Assembly (NCBI GenBank): GCA_050949225.1
Contig: JBMNFI010000001.1
Location: 132,195 to 196,194, forward strand
Length of the DNA stretch: 64,000 nt
Direction: 5' to 3'
Origin: Bacillota bacterium
GTDB lineage: Bacteria; Bacillota; Dehalobacteriia; UBA4068
In this document: positions 10,412 to 19,790 of the stretch, piece after piece
Position numbering within the stretch: position 1 is the stretch's first letter
Layout: each line of letters begins with the position of its first letter
Program-made: the position numbers and the translations under genes
The notes under the pieces: generated by a model
The model's input: the letters and a program-made list of their open reading frames with translations, nothing else
Told to the model about the DNA's origin: nothing
Database searches by the model: none

Positions 10412-11085
10412 TATTTAATGCAACTCCCTTCATTTTGACACGTTTCAGCTGAGGAACAGGAGTCACAGCCAAAGTCATTTCGTTTAGCGGCTTTGCCTTT
10501 AGATAAATGATTGATGAGTGCAACCAAGCAGCCAAAAACGAAGAAAGCGCCGGGAGCCAGCATAAAGATGGAGATAGGCTCAGCATAAGGAATTTTATCG
10601 ATAAAATTTAAGCCAAACCAGGAACCATTACCCAAAATCTCTCTGATAGATCCTATGAGAAACAGTGCCAGCGTAAAGCCAATACCAAAGCCCAGTCCAT
10701 CCAGGATCGAATTAAAGGGATTATTTTTGCCGGCAAAAATCTCAGCACGGCTGATAACTACACAGTTGACAGCAATCAGGGGAATAAAAAGACCCAAAGC
10801 TTTATCTAATTCCGGTAGATAAGCCTTTAATAACAAACTGACAACGGAAACAAAACCGGCAATTATTACAACATAGCAGGGGATACGGATGGTGTCAGGT
10901 ATGACGTTTTTAACCAGGCTGATCACAAGATTAGAGCAAACCAGAACTGCCAAAGTAGTTATCCCCATGCCCAGGCCATTGATAGCAGTACTTGTAACAG
11001 CCAAAGCCGGACAAATACCCAAAAGCATAATGAGAACGGGGTTTTCTCTTAAAATACCATTAGTCAGGATATTTATCTTTTTCAT
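10411..11085 (-). CDS. rnfE: Rnf complex subunit E
   Basis: 224-aa membrane protein paralogous to RnfA. Overlaps its neighbours by 1-4 nt. Confidence 0.85.
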   Translation of the reverse strand: MKKINILTNGILRENPVLIMLLGICPALAVTSTAINGLGMGITTLAVLVCSNLVISLVKNVIPDTIRIPCYVVIIAGFVSVVSLLLKAYLPELDKALGLFIPLIAVNCVVISRAEIFAGKNNPFNSILDGLGFGIGFTLALFLIGSIREILGNGSWFGLNFIDKIPYAEPISIFMLAPGAFFVFGCLVALINHLSKGKAAKRNDFGCDSCSSAETCQNEGSCIK

Positions 11086-11633
11086 TTGTCGGAACCTCCT
11101 GTTTGTGGTATTTTAGCAAATTGAGCCAAAGCTACATCCGCCGCCGCAAAAATTGCATCAGATGTCACAGTTGAACCGGTGATTGCTTCTATTTGCGTAG
11201 CATTTTCTTCTCCTGTACGGGTAATTTTATTTTGCTCCAGATATTGGGAAAGATATTCAGGGGTCATAACCTTAGTGCCAAGACCCGGGGTTTCCTCGTG
11301 TTCCATAACTTTAATACCGACGATTTTACCATCTTGGTCAAGTCCGGTCATTACGATAACCTCTCCGCCAAAACCCATGCCAAAAGAGGTGATGACATAG
11401 CCGCTGCCATTATTGGCGGCATAGACATCCTTGACATTTTCTAATAGTTCAAGATGTTGCTGCGTAAAGCCATCACTGCCTTCAGGAAGCACTTCTGCTC
11501 GAATCAGATCCGCATTTTTATTACTGATTTCTTCGATCAGCGGTTCTGTAAGATGGTGTGTTACAACCAGGGCCGTTGTTACAACGACACAGATTATTAA
11601 TAAAACAAATACGGGGGTGAAATATTGTTTCAT
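11082..11633 (-). CDS. rnfG: Rnf complex subunit G (FMN-binding)
   Basis: Single N-terminal TM helix plus an FMN-binding domain with a TGSTVTS covalent-flavin motif. Confidence 0.85.
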   Translation of the reverse strand: MKQYFTPVFVLLIICVVVTTALVVTHHLTEPLIEEISNKNADLIRAEVLPEGSDGFTQQHLELLENVKDVYAANNGSGYVITSFGMGFGGEVIVMTGLDQDGKIVGIKVMEHEETPGLGTKVMTPEYLSQYLEQNKITRTGEENATQIEAITGSTVTSDAIFAAADVALAQFAKIPQTGGSDK

Positions 11634-12586
11634 TCCCTAAACCCCCTTTTAAGCTTTTTACAGAAAATATTATCTATCAGCGGTACAAGAAGGTTCATAA
11701 ACAAAACCGCAAAGGAGACACCTTCGGGATAAGAACCAAAAAGACGAATAATCATTGTCAAGCCGCCGCAGCCTATACCAAAAATAGCTCTGCCCAGTAT
11801 ACTGACGGGTGAGGTGGTATAATCAGTAGCGATAAAGAAAGCGCAGAGCATGGCTCCACCGGCACAAATATGGAAAATTGGATCCTGTCCGACCAATAGA
11901 GAAATTACTGTTATTGTTCCCAAAAAGGAGAGGGGTATCACAGGGTGAACAACTTTTCTGATGACTAAGTAAACACCGCCGATAAGTAGCGCCAAAGCGC
12001 AGGTTTCACCTAAAGATCCACCGATAAACCCTAAAAACATTTCCATATTTGAAGGGATCAACTCTAATTTGTCCATGGCCAGTAATGCCAAAGGGGTGGA
12101 GCCCGTTACAGCATTTATGCCATGAGGTAGTGGGATCAACCAACTAGTCATGGGGGTAGAAAAGGATAACAATAAAACCACACGGGCAGTGTTAGCCGGG
12201 TTGACAAAATTTTGTCCCAGTCCACCAAAAAGCTGTTTAACAATAACAATAGCGACAAAGCAGCCAATAATAGCCATCCAGAAAGGAAGGGTGGAAGGTA
12301 GACAAAAAGCCAACAGTATTCCTGTTACGACGGCGCTTAAGTCGGAGATCGTGTTAACACGTTTGGTTATCTTTCTGAATAAAAATTCAAATAAAAGACA
12401 AAATGCGACGCAAAGCAACGTCATGATAATAGCTCGTGAACCAAAAATTACCCCAGACATTACAAAAGCCGGCATTAATGCAATAATTACATCTAACATA
12501 ATTTTTCGGGTGCTTTGATTGCTGGTGATATGGGGTGCAGCATTAATTAGCAGGCGAGGGGATAATTGAGGGTTCATTTGAATCAT
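11630..12586 (-). CDS. rnfD: Rnf complex subunit D
   Basis: 318-aa membrane protein of the NqrB/RnfD family, in position. Confidence 0.85.
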   Translation of the reverse strand: MIQMNPQLSPRLLINAAPHITSNQSTRKIMLDVIIALMPAFVMSGVIFGSRAIIMTLLCVAFCLLFEFLFRKITKRVNTISDLSAVVTGILLAFCLPSTLPFWMAIIGCFVAIVIVKQLFGGLGQNFVNPANTARVVLLLSFSTPMTSWLIPLPHGINAVTGSTPLALLAMDKLELIPSNMEMFLGFIGGSLGETCALALLIGGVYLVIRKVVHPVIPLSFLGTITVISLLVGQDPIFHICAGGAMLCAFFIATDYTTSPVSILGRAIFGIGCGGLTMIIRLFGSYPEGVSFAVLFMNLLVPLIDNIFCKKLKRGFRE

Positions 12587-13896
12587 GATGGTTGCTCTCC
12601 TTTCCTAACCAATTCTTTAGCGGCACTATTGATAAAGGAAACCTGTATCTTGGCAGGACAAACATAAGAGCAACAGCCACACTCTATGCATAAAAGGGTA
12701 TCATGTTCTAAAAGTTCATCCAGATCCCCCTTTTTATAAGCTTTATTAATCTTCATCGGATAAAGACCCATAGGGCATGCAAAAGCACAGCGTGCGCAAT
12801 TTATGCAGGCACTCTCTTTTGGTAAATAGGCCCAGGTTTCATCGAAAACCAAAATAGCATTGTTGTGTTTAATAATAGGCGTTTGATCACTGTAAATAGA
12901 GCGCCCCATCATAGGGCCGCCCATAATAATTTTACGGGGCTTTTTTTTGTAACCGCCGCAAAACTCTATCACATCCATAATAAGGGTGCCAATCAGCACC
13001 TCTATATTTTTAGGATTAGAGACGGCAGGTCCATCGACAGTAATTTTTTTACTAATCAAGGGCATGCCGGTTTTAAGATAGTTTCCCAGTGTTTCGACAG
13101 TTGTAATATTGGAAACGATTACGCCAATATCGGCCGGCAGATGTCCTAAAGTAAGGATCTTACCGGTTGTTTCATAAATCAGAACACGTTCAGCCCCTTG
13201 GGGATAATCATTACGCAGGGGGACAATCTTTATTTGGGGTAAATCCCGACTGAGTTCCCGGAATTTTTCAATGGCAGCAGGTTTATTTTTTTCGATACCG
13301 ATATAACAGTTGGCGATCTCTAAATAATTCATTATTTCTTTGATGCCATGGAAAATATTTTCACTTTCTTCCATCATGTTACGATAATCGGAGGTTATAA
13401 ATGGTTCACATTCGGCACCATTGATAATTAAGGTATCAACCTCATGAAGGTTTTTAGGGCTATATTTAACATGGGCAGGAAAGGCAGCACCACCTAAACC
13501 AACCAGCCCACAATTACGAACTGCTTGTAAAAATTGTTCGTGATTGTTTATCTTTGGTGGTTTGATGGTAGGATGTATATCTTGTTGCCCATCCGGCTTA
13601 ATGATAACCACTTCGTTAGAAATACCTGAGGCTGCCAGAATTTTATCAATATCTATTACTTCACCGGAGACACTGGAATGAATGGGCGATGAGATCAACT
13701 CTTTGCTGTCGCCAATGATTTGCCCTACTTTTACTGTGTCACCTACTTTTACCAGTGGCGTACAGGATTTTCCAATGTGTTGTGACATGGAGATAACAAT
13801 TTTATGTGGTACAGGCATTTTTTCAGTTGCCAGGTTCATGGTATTTTTGTAATGAGGCAAATTAATAGAGGGTAGTCTCCTTTTGAAAATAGTCAT
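12583..13896 (-). CDS. rnfC: Rnf complex subunit C (NADH-binding, 2x[4Fe-4S])
   Basis: GAGGAAFP NADH-binding motif and two CxxCxxCxxxCP clusters. First gene of the operon. Confidence 0.9.
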   Translation of the reverse strand: MTIFKRRLPSINLPHYKNTMNLATEKMPVPHKIVISMSQHIGKSCTPLVKVGDTVKVGQIIGDSKELISSPIHSSVSGEVIDIDKILAASGISNEVVIIKPDGQQDIHPTIKPPKINNHEQFLQAVRNCGLVGLGGAAFPAHVKYSPKNLHEVDTLIINGAECEPFITSDYRNMMEESENIFHGIKEIMNYLEIANCYIGIEKNKPAAIEKFRELSRDLPQIKIVPLRNDYPQGAERVLIYETTGKILTLGHLPADIGVIVSNITTVETLGNYLKTGMPLISKKITVDGPAVSNPKNIEVLIGTLIMDVIEFCGGYKKKPRKIIMGGPMMGRSIYSDQTPIIKHNNAILVFDETWAYLPKESACINCARCAFACPMGLYPMKINKAYKKGDLDELLEHDTLLCIECGCCSYVCPAKIQVSFINSAAKELVRKGEQPS

Positions 13897-14070
13897 AGGT
13901 TGGTTACACGTTCCTTGCCTTTTTATTAAATTTTATTTTTTAATACATTTAATTGTAACATAAAAAGCTATAATTGACTAGGTTTTTTTAAGAAGGAATA
14001 GTGTGTTTACCGCTATATGATGGGCTTTTGTGTTGTATGGGTGATAAATACTTACTTTATTGTTTTTCTA

Positions 14071-14106
14071 AATAAAAAATGCCGCCGACCATCTCTAGCG
14101 GTCAGC
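14071..14106 (-). terminator. Intrinsic terminator downstream of tRNA-Arg (minus strand)
   Basis: On the minus strand: GCTGACC-loop-GGTCGGC stem with one G-U pair, followed by GCATTTTTTATTT. Confidence 0.5.
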
Positions 14107-14129
14107 GACATGAAAAATAGATTGATATT

Positions 14130-14204
14130 TGGTACGCCTGATAGGAATCGAACCTACGCATCCGGCTCCGGAGGCCGGTGCTCTATCCACTGAGCTACAG
14201 GCGC
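14130..14204 (-). tRNA. tRNA-Arg (anticodon CCG)
   Basis: The reverse complement folds as a cloverleaf: acceptor GCGCCTG/CAGGCGT, D-arm, anticodon stem CCGGC/GCCGG with loop CTCCGGA, T-arm GGTTCGATTCC, encoded CCA end. Confidence 0.85.
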
Positions 14205-14232
14205 ATAGAGGATTGGTTAATAATGCTTATTA

Positions 14233-14261
14233 ATTTTATCCTAAAAGACGGGGCAAGTCAA
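14233..14261 (-). promoter_or_regulatory. Sigma-A-type promoter for tRNA-Arg (TTGACT-17-TAAAAT on the minus strand)
   Basis: Consensus-like hexamers with a 17-nt spacer about 28 nt upstream of the mature tRNA 5' end. Confidence 0.5.
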
Positions 14262-14335
14262 TAACAAAGATGTTTGAGTCCGAGTCGCTCTTGTGCTATT
14301 ATTAAAGTCAGATAAAAAGGAAACCAGGTGAATAA

Positions 14336-17146
14336 ATGAAAACAGAATATGTAGTAATAGATACCGAAACCACCGGTTTTGATGCCAAAAACTGTGCTAT
14401 TATCGAAATTGCGGCGGTAAAATGGGATAAAGGCTTAATCAAAGAGGGGTTTACTTCTTTAATAAATCCCGGGCAGCCTATTCCGGAAGAGATTAGTGAT
14501 ATTACCGGTATTACAGATGAAATGGTCAAAGAGCAGCCGTTGATTCAAGATGTGATTCCTCGTTTGGAAAAATTTATTGGTGATGCTGTTTTAGTGGCTC
14601 ATAATGCTCCTTTTGATAAATCTTTTATGGATAATGTCTGGTCGTTGGAAAATCAGTGGCTGGACTCTATCACTTTGGCACAAATTGTTTTTCCCACCGC
14701 CGGAACATATTCCTTGGGTTTTTTGTGTCAATATTTAGGCATAGAAAATACTGATGCTCACAGGTCGCTATCAGATACTAAGGCCACGGCGGAATTATTT
14801 GGACGCTCTTTGCAAGAGCTTGCAGCTCTCTCTTGGCCGATCAAAAGAGAGCTGCTGGAGATGGTTAAAGATGATGAAAGCGCACTGGGTCGTTTAATTT
14901 ATCGAGAGTGCAAAAAAGATCCGCAGGTGGATGAAAAGGAGCCGTGGGATTCTGTAGTTTTGACGGCTAAGCCCGCTACAAAAGAAAGTGTGCCACGCCA
15001 ACGGGTTGTTAATGAAGAATATCTGTTGAATCTAAAGGAGATCGAAAAGTATTTGACTTCTGATGAGCTTTGCGGTCAACATATCGCTGATTTTGAACCA
15101 CGTCAGCAGCAGCTGGAAATGTCACAAGCGGTGGCTGAGGCTTTTAACTTACAAAATTTCCTCTTGGCAGAGGCCGGCACTGGCACCGGTAAATCTTTGG
15201 CTTATCTGTTACCGGCGGCACTTTTTGCCCTGCACTCAGGTCAACCGGTGGTTATCAGCACACATACCATCAACCTGCAGGAGCAGTTGATTAAAAAAGA
15301 TATACCACAGCTCAAGGCTATTTTAAAAGAAGAGTTCAAAGCTGCCGTGATCAAGGGGCGCAGCCATTATTTATGTTTAAATCTTTTAAAACATTATGTT
15401 TTGCATGGTGATGACGAATTACGCTATTTTATTATGCGTCTTTTGGTTTGGGCCTCGCAAACTAGCACGGGTGACAGCGGAGAGCTGGGACTAAACCGTT
15501 TTGAACGCTGGAAATGGCAGCGTCTTTCTGCCAGCAGAGAGAATTGCGTGGCACCTAATTGCAGCTATTGTCGAGCCGGCTGCTTTGTTTTTCAAAGCAG
15601 AAGGAAGGCCGAGACGGCTGATATTATTATCGTTAACCATTCTTTATTAGTGGCTAATGCGGGTTTAGAGACTGCTATTTTGCCGGATTTTTCTTATTTG
15701 ATTATTGATGAAGCCCACCATCTGCAACGTGATGCAGAAGAGCAACTGACAGGAGTGGTGGATTTTTATGAATTAATTAAAGGTTTAGGACGCCTGAAAA
15801 AAAAAGAACGGGGCAAAACCGTTGGCATCCTGACTCAGATGGAAAAGCAAGCGCAATCAATATTTGTCAATCATCAGGAGCGAGAGCAATTTTTAATCTG
15901 CTTGAACCAGGCGGAAGAGAAAGTTGGCGCTGTGGTGGCTGCCGGTGAAGAATTTTTTTCCTTGTTACAGGAGATTTTTTTAGCAAGAGCAGAGGTCAAA
16001 GCTTATTTTCCGTCACGTCTTTTGATTGATAAAAAGGATCGTACAGAGGAAATCTGGCAGCAAATTGAAACTGTAGGAGATAATTTTAAGGTTAGCATAA
16101 ATCTCTTGTCGCAAACCCTGTTTTCTTTGCTGGAACAGGTGACATTGCTTTCCTTACAAGATGGTGAGGACATGTTTGGTGTAGATCAAATAAAGGGACT
16201 GGCCTCTAACTTTTTGACAATAGCTGATCTAGCTGAAACTTGGCTTAAGCCGCCTGATAATGACTATGTTACCTGGTTGACCTTTACTGCCGGCGATAAA
16301 AAACCCTCTCTGCATATGGCACCGATTGATATGGGAGAATTGCTTTATGATACTTTATTATTTAATAAAAAGTCTATTGTTTTTACCTCTGCTACCTTAT
16401 CGGTTGCTAATTCGTTTGCCTATTTCAAAAAAAATATTGGTCTTGATTTATTACCGGAACCACCCATCGAATTACTGGTCAGCTCGCCTTTTTATTATAA
16501 TGAGCAAGCCTTATTTGCTATTTGCACCGATCTGCCGGATTGGACTAAACAAAGTGAGGTACAATGTATTGAAGCCATTGGCAGTACCTTGATAAAGCTG
16601 ATAGAGTCCTCAGAGGGGCGGGCTTTGATTTTGTTTACCTCGCATGCACAGCTTAAGGCAGTATATAGAAGGATTAATAAACCGTTATCACAAAAAGGTC
16701 TTACCGTCTTGGCTCATGGAATCAACGGTAATCCCTCACAGCTTTTAAACCGTCTTAAAGAAGAAGAAAACTGCTGCCTTTTGGGGGCCAGCAGTTTCTG
16801 GGAGGGGATTGATGTGGTAGGTAGTGCTTTATCACTGGTAGCTGTGGTAAGGCTGCCGTTTTGGCCGCCTACGGATCCTTTGATGTATTCACGCATGAAA
16901 AAGCTTGAGGATGAAGGATATAATAGTTTTAATGCCTATAGCTTGCCGCAGGCTGTTATTCGTTTCAAACAGGGCTTTGGCCGTTTGATCCGCTCGGGGT
17001 ATGATAAAGGTGTTTTTTGTGTTTTAGACAGACGGTTAGTAGAAAAATATTATGGACGTACCTTTGTTGAATCTTTGCCGGAAATGCAAATCGTTTGCGA
17101 TACGCATGAGGAGATTGCCGAACACGTTCGCCAGTGGTTGAAGTAA
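14336..17146 (+). CDS. dinG: Bifunctional DnaQ-like 3'-5' exonuclease / DinG-family ATP-dependent DNA helicase
   Basis: N-terminal epsilon-exonuclease motifs (VIDTETTG, HNAPFD), then SF2 helicase motifs (AEAGTGTGKS, DEAHH) and a C-terminal DinG/Rad3 domain. 936 aa, as in Firmicute DinG. Confidence 0.85.
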   Translation: MKTEYVVIDTETTGFDAKNCAIIEIAAVKWDKGLIKEGFTSLINPGQPIPEEISDITGITDEMVKEQPLIQDVIPRLEKFIGDAVLVAHNAPFDKSFMDNVWSLENQWLDSITLAQIVFPTAGTYSLGFLCQYLGIENTDAHRSLSDTKATAELFGRSLQELAALSWPIKRELLEMVKDDESALGRLIYRECKKDPQVDEKEPWDSVVLTAKPATKESVPRQRVVNEEYLLNLKEIEKYLTSDELCGQHIADFEPRQQQLEMSQAVAEAFNLQNFLLAEAGTGTGKSLAYLLPAALFALHSGQPVVISTHTINLQEQLIKKDIPQLKAILKEEFKAAVIKGRSHYLCLNLLKHYVLHGDDELRYFIMRLLVWASQTSTGDSGELGLNRFERWKWQRLSASRENCVAPNCSYCRAGCFVFQSRRKAETADIIIVNHSLLVANAGLETAILPDFSYLIIDEAHHLQRDAEEQLTGVVDFYELIKGLGRLKKKERGKTVGILTQMEKQAQSIFVNHQEREQFLICLNQAEEKVGAVVAAGEEFFSLLQEIFLARAEVKAYFPSRLLIDKKDRTEEIWQQIETVGDNFKVSINLLSQTLFSLLEQVTLLSLQDGEDMFGVDQIKGLASNFLTIADLAETWLKPPDNDYVTWLTFTAGDKKPSLHMAPIDMGELLYDTLLFNKKSIVFTSATLSVANSFAYFKKNIGLDLLPEPPIELLVSSPFYYNEQALFAICTDLPDWTKQSEVQCIEAIGSTLIKLIESSEGRALILFTSHAQLKAVYRRINKPLSQKGLTVLAHGINGNPSQLLNRLKEEENCCLLGASSFWEGIDVVGSALSLVAVVRLPFWPPTDPLMYSRMKKLEDEGYNSFNAYSLPQAVIRFKQGFGRLIRSGYDKGVFCVLDRRLVEKYYGRTFVESLPEMQIVCDTHEEIAEHVRQWLK

Positions 17147-17295
17147 GAATTAGACGGACAGACACAAGATTTTCACTCTGAACATAAATTATAGCAACAA
17201 GATAAAAGGAGTGATCTTGATGAAAATTTATTATATAAAACTACCCAACCCACTGCGAAACTTGTTAAAGAAAATATTTCAGCAATAAGAGCTAA

Positions 17296-17322
17296 AACTG
17301 ACAGACCGCCTTAAGGCGGTCT
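17296..17322 (-). terminator. Hairpin after the minus-strand membrane-protein gene (AGACCGCC-TTAA-GGCGGTCT)
   Basis: Perfect 8-bp GC-rich stem immediately 3' of the stop at 17323. It also lies downstream of dinG, so it may be bidirectional. Confidence 0.45.
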
Positions 17323-17706
17323 TTATCTTACGCCGATTACACCGCCGATGGCGGCTGCCAAAAGATAATAAACACTGTGAATGCTGATTACAGTTTGCCC
17401 GCCGGAGGTGATCAAGCCCAGCAAGTAAAGGATAATAAGTACAATAACCCCTACAAACAAACCGTGAAAGAGTCCCTTAGTTTGAGCTTTTTTACCGGCA
17501 AAAAGTCCTCCTGTAAAGCTGCCGACAGCAGTAATTATAAGTGCGGCAGATGCCAAATAAGTTTCCGAAAGAGAGCTGTAAAAGATGATACAGCTGAAAA
17601 TTAAAGAGGCGCCCAGAATAATAATAAGAGCAGTTACAATCCCTATTATAAGAGGGGATAAGCGGCTTAATCCAGCCTGTTTTATAGTGGGGTATTTACT
17701 CGTCAT
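17323..17706 (-). CDS. Small integral membrane protein (TIGR04086/YrzE-like)
   Basis: 127 aa with 3-4 hydrophobic helices. Has RBS and terminator. Confidence 0.55.
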   Translation of the reverse strand: MTSKYPTIKQAGLSRLSPLIIGIVTALIIILGASLIFSCIIFYSSLSETYLASAALIITAVGSFTGGLFAGKKAQTKGLFHGLFVGVIVLIILYLLGLITSGGQTVISIHSVYYLLAAAIGGVIGVR

Positions 17707-17859
17707 AAAAATATCACTCCTTATAAAAAATCTCTTTTTAGAGGATTATTAATCGTTATCACTATATGTCCGAACATAAAATATATGACAATATTACTTG
17801 ACCAGAGGCAGTAAATGGCATATTATAAAAGCTATAAGAATTAAAAAAGAGGTTAAAAA

Positions 17860-18420
17860 ATGGATAAAGCCAAAATTCAAGCGGCGGTAAAAATGATTTT
17901 TGAGGCCATAGATGAAAATCCGCATCGAGAAGGGTTAAAGGAAACACCCCGAAGGATAGCGGAGATGTATGAAGATATTTTGGGTGGCATCAATATTGAT
18001 CCCAAAGAACATCTGCAAATCCAGTTTATTGAAGATAAACATCAGGAAATGGTGATTATTAAAGATATTGATATGTATTCTATGTGTGAGCACCACATGA
18101 TGCCGTTTTTTGGCAAGGTGCATATTGCCTATATCCCTAAAGATGGCGTTATTACCGGTCTTTCTAAGCTGGCTCGAGTGGTTGAGGACTATGCCAGGCG
18201 GTTGCAGCTGCAGGAAAGATTAACCACGCAAATTGCTGAGGCTATTATGGAAGTGCTCAAACCTCAAGGTGTACTGGTTGTTATCGAAGCGGAACACATG
18301 TGCATGACCATGCGCGGCATTAAAAAGCCGGGCTCTTTTACGGTTACTTCAGCGGTGCGCGGTATTTTTACCACCGGTAGCACAAAAGCAGAAGCGTTGC
18401 AACTTATTAAAGGGTGTTAG
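17860..18420 (+). CDS. folE: GTP cyclohydrolase I
   Basis: CEHHMMPF zinc-site motif. 186 aa. Confidence 0.9.
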   Translation: MDKAKIQAAVKMIFEAIDENPHREGLKETPRRIAEMYEDILGGINIDPKEHLQIQFIEDKHQEMVIIKDIDMYSMCEHHMMPFFGKVHIAYIPKDGVITGLSKLARVVEDYARRLQLQERLTTQIAEAIMEVLKPQGVLVVIEAEHMCMTMRGIKKPGSFTVTSAVRGIFTTGSTKAEALQLIKGC

Positions 18421-18466
18421 TTTTTTTAATAAAAATAAATTTTTTGATAACTATATAGGAGATGCT

Positions 18467-19030
18467 ATGAATAAAACTGCTACGGGTAAAGAACAGAGAA
18501 AATCTTTTATTAAGGAAATTATCGTGGTTGTCTTGATAGCCTTGGCAATTTCATGTTTTTTAAAGTTTTTTATTATGGACAGCCGCATGGTACCTACGCC
18601 TTCTATGTATCCCACTATTCATGTAGGTGACCGTGTTTTAGTTAACAAATTGGCTTATTTTGGGGATCGTTCACCGCAACGCGGGGATATTGTGGTTTTT
18701 GTCGGACCTGCTGACTCCGGGGTGGATGGTGATCTTTTGAAAAGAGTGTTGGGCTTACCGGGGGAAAAAATTGAAGTACATGACAAAAAAGTTTATATTA
18801 ATGATCAGCCCTTAACTGAAGATTATTTAGCAGAAGAGCCTTACTATGACTTTGGTCCGGTAATTGTACCCGAGGGTTACTATTTCATGATGGGGGATAA
18901 CCGTAATCAAAGCGCCGACAGCCATTATTGGCAGGATCCTTTTATCAGTAAAAAAGATATTAAAGGCAAGGCATTTGTACGTTATTGGCCTTTTAATAGG
19001 ATATCTGTATTAGAAAAAGCTGTATATTAG
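18467..19030 (+). CDS. lepB: Signal peptidase I
   Basis: TM anchor, SM-containing catalytic Ser box (PTPSMYPT), catalytic Lys in GDRVLVNK, GDNR box. Confidence 0.85.
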   Translation: MNKTATGKEQRKSFIKEIIVVVLIALAISCFLKFFIMDSRMVPTPSMYPTIHVGDRVLVNKLAYFGDRSPQRGDIVVFVGPADSGVDGDLLKRVLGLPGEKIEVHDKKVYINDQPLTEDYLAEEPYYDFGPVIVPEGYYFMMGDNRNQSADSHYWQDPFISKKDIKGKAFVRYWPFNRISVLEKAVY

Positions 19031-19043
19031 ATGGGAGTTTAAA

Positions 19044-19790
19044 ATGCGTATATTACTAACTAATGATGATGGCATATCCGCTCAGGGTTTAAATAAATTA
19101 TGTGCCTGTCTGGCACAGATTGCTGATGTTTATGTTTTTGCACCGACTTTTGAGCAAAGTGCCACCGGTCATGGCATTACGGTTAAAACGCCTCTGCGTA
19201 TTACAAAATGGCAGATAGAAGGGGCCAAAGAGGCTTTTGCTGTGGACGGTCTGCCGGCTGATTGTGTAAAATTAGCTTGTGAGGCAGTGCTGGACGGATT
19301 GCCTGATTTGGTGATTTCAGGGGCAAATCATGGTACAAATTTAGCTTCCGATGTAATTTATTCGGGAACTGTTTCTGCGGCCCTGGAGGGTTATTTGTTG
19401 GGCAGACCTTCTTTGGCGGTTTCTTTGGAGGATGTGCAGAGTAATTTACCGGAAGCTTGTCAATTTGTTTGTGATTTTGTTTTGTGGTGGCAGCAGAATA
19501 ATTGGCAACCGAAAAGTATGTTTAATATCAATGTGCCGGCCCAAAAGATCAAGGGCAGCAAATATGCTCAACTTGGTGTTCGTGTTTACAGAAATACTTT
19601 TGAAGAGCGTATTGATCCTCGCGGTAATTCTTATTATTGGCTTTCCGGTTCTCCGGAAGATCAAGGTTATCAGGGTCGTACGGACGTGGAGGCTATGGCA
19701 GAAGGCTATATTACAATTACGCCTTTGTCAACTGACTTAACCAACTATAAGGTACTTGACTTTCTTAAAGAAAATGAGCCGCTTACTTAA
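19044..19790 (+). CDS. surE: 5'/3'-nucleotidase SurE
   Basis: N-terminal ILLTNDDG motif. 248 aa. Confidence 0.85.
   Translation: MRILLTNDDGISAQGLNKLCACLAQIADVYVFAPTFEQSATGHGITVKTPLRITKWQIEGAKEAFAVDGLPADCVKLACEAVLDGLPDLVISGANHGTNLASDVIYSGTVSAALEGYLLGRPSLAVSLEDVQSNLPEACQFVCDFVLWWQQNNWQPKSMFNINVPAQKIKGSKYAQLGVRVYRNTFEERIDPRGNSYYWLSGSPEDQGYQGRTDVEAMAEGYITITPLSTDLTNYKVLDFLKENEPLT

Noticed and set aside
14081-14092. The 12-mer CCGCCGACCATC is shared between the tRNA-Arg terminator region (14081) and the hairpin after ilvA (35728). Could this indicate a dispersed repeat or REP-like element?
   Set aside because: Only two copies in 64 kb, each embedded in a different hairpin with different partner arms. 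Most likely coincidence.
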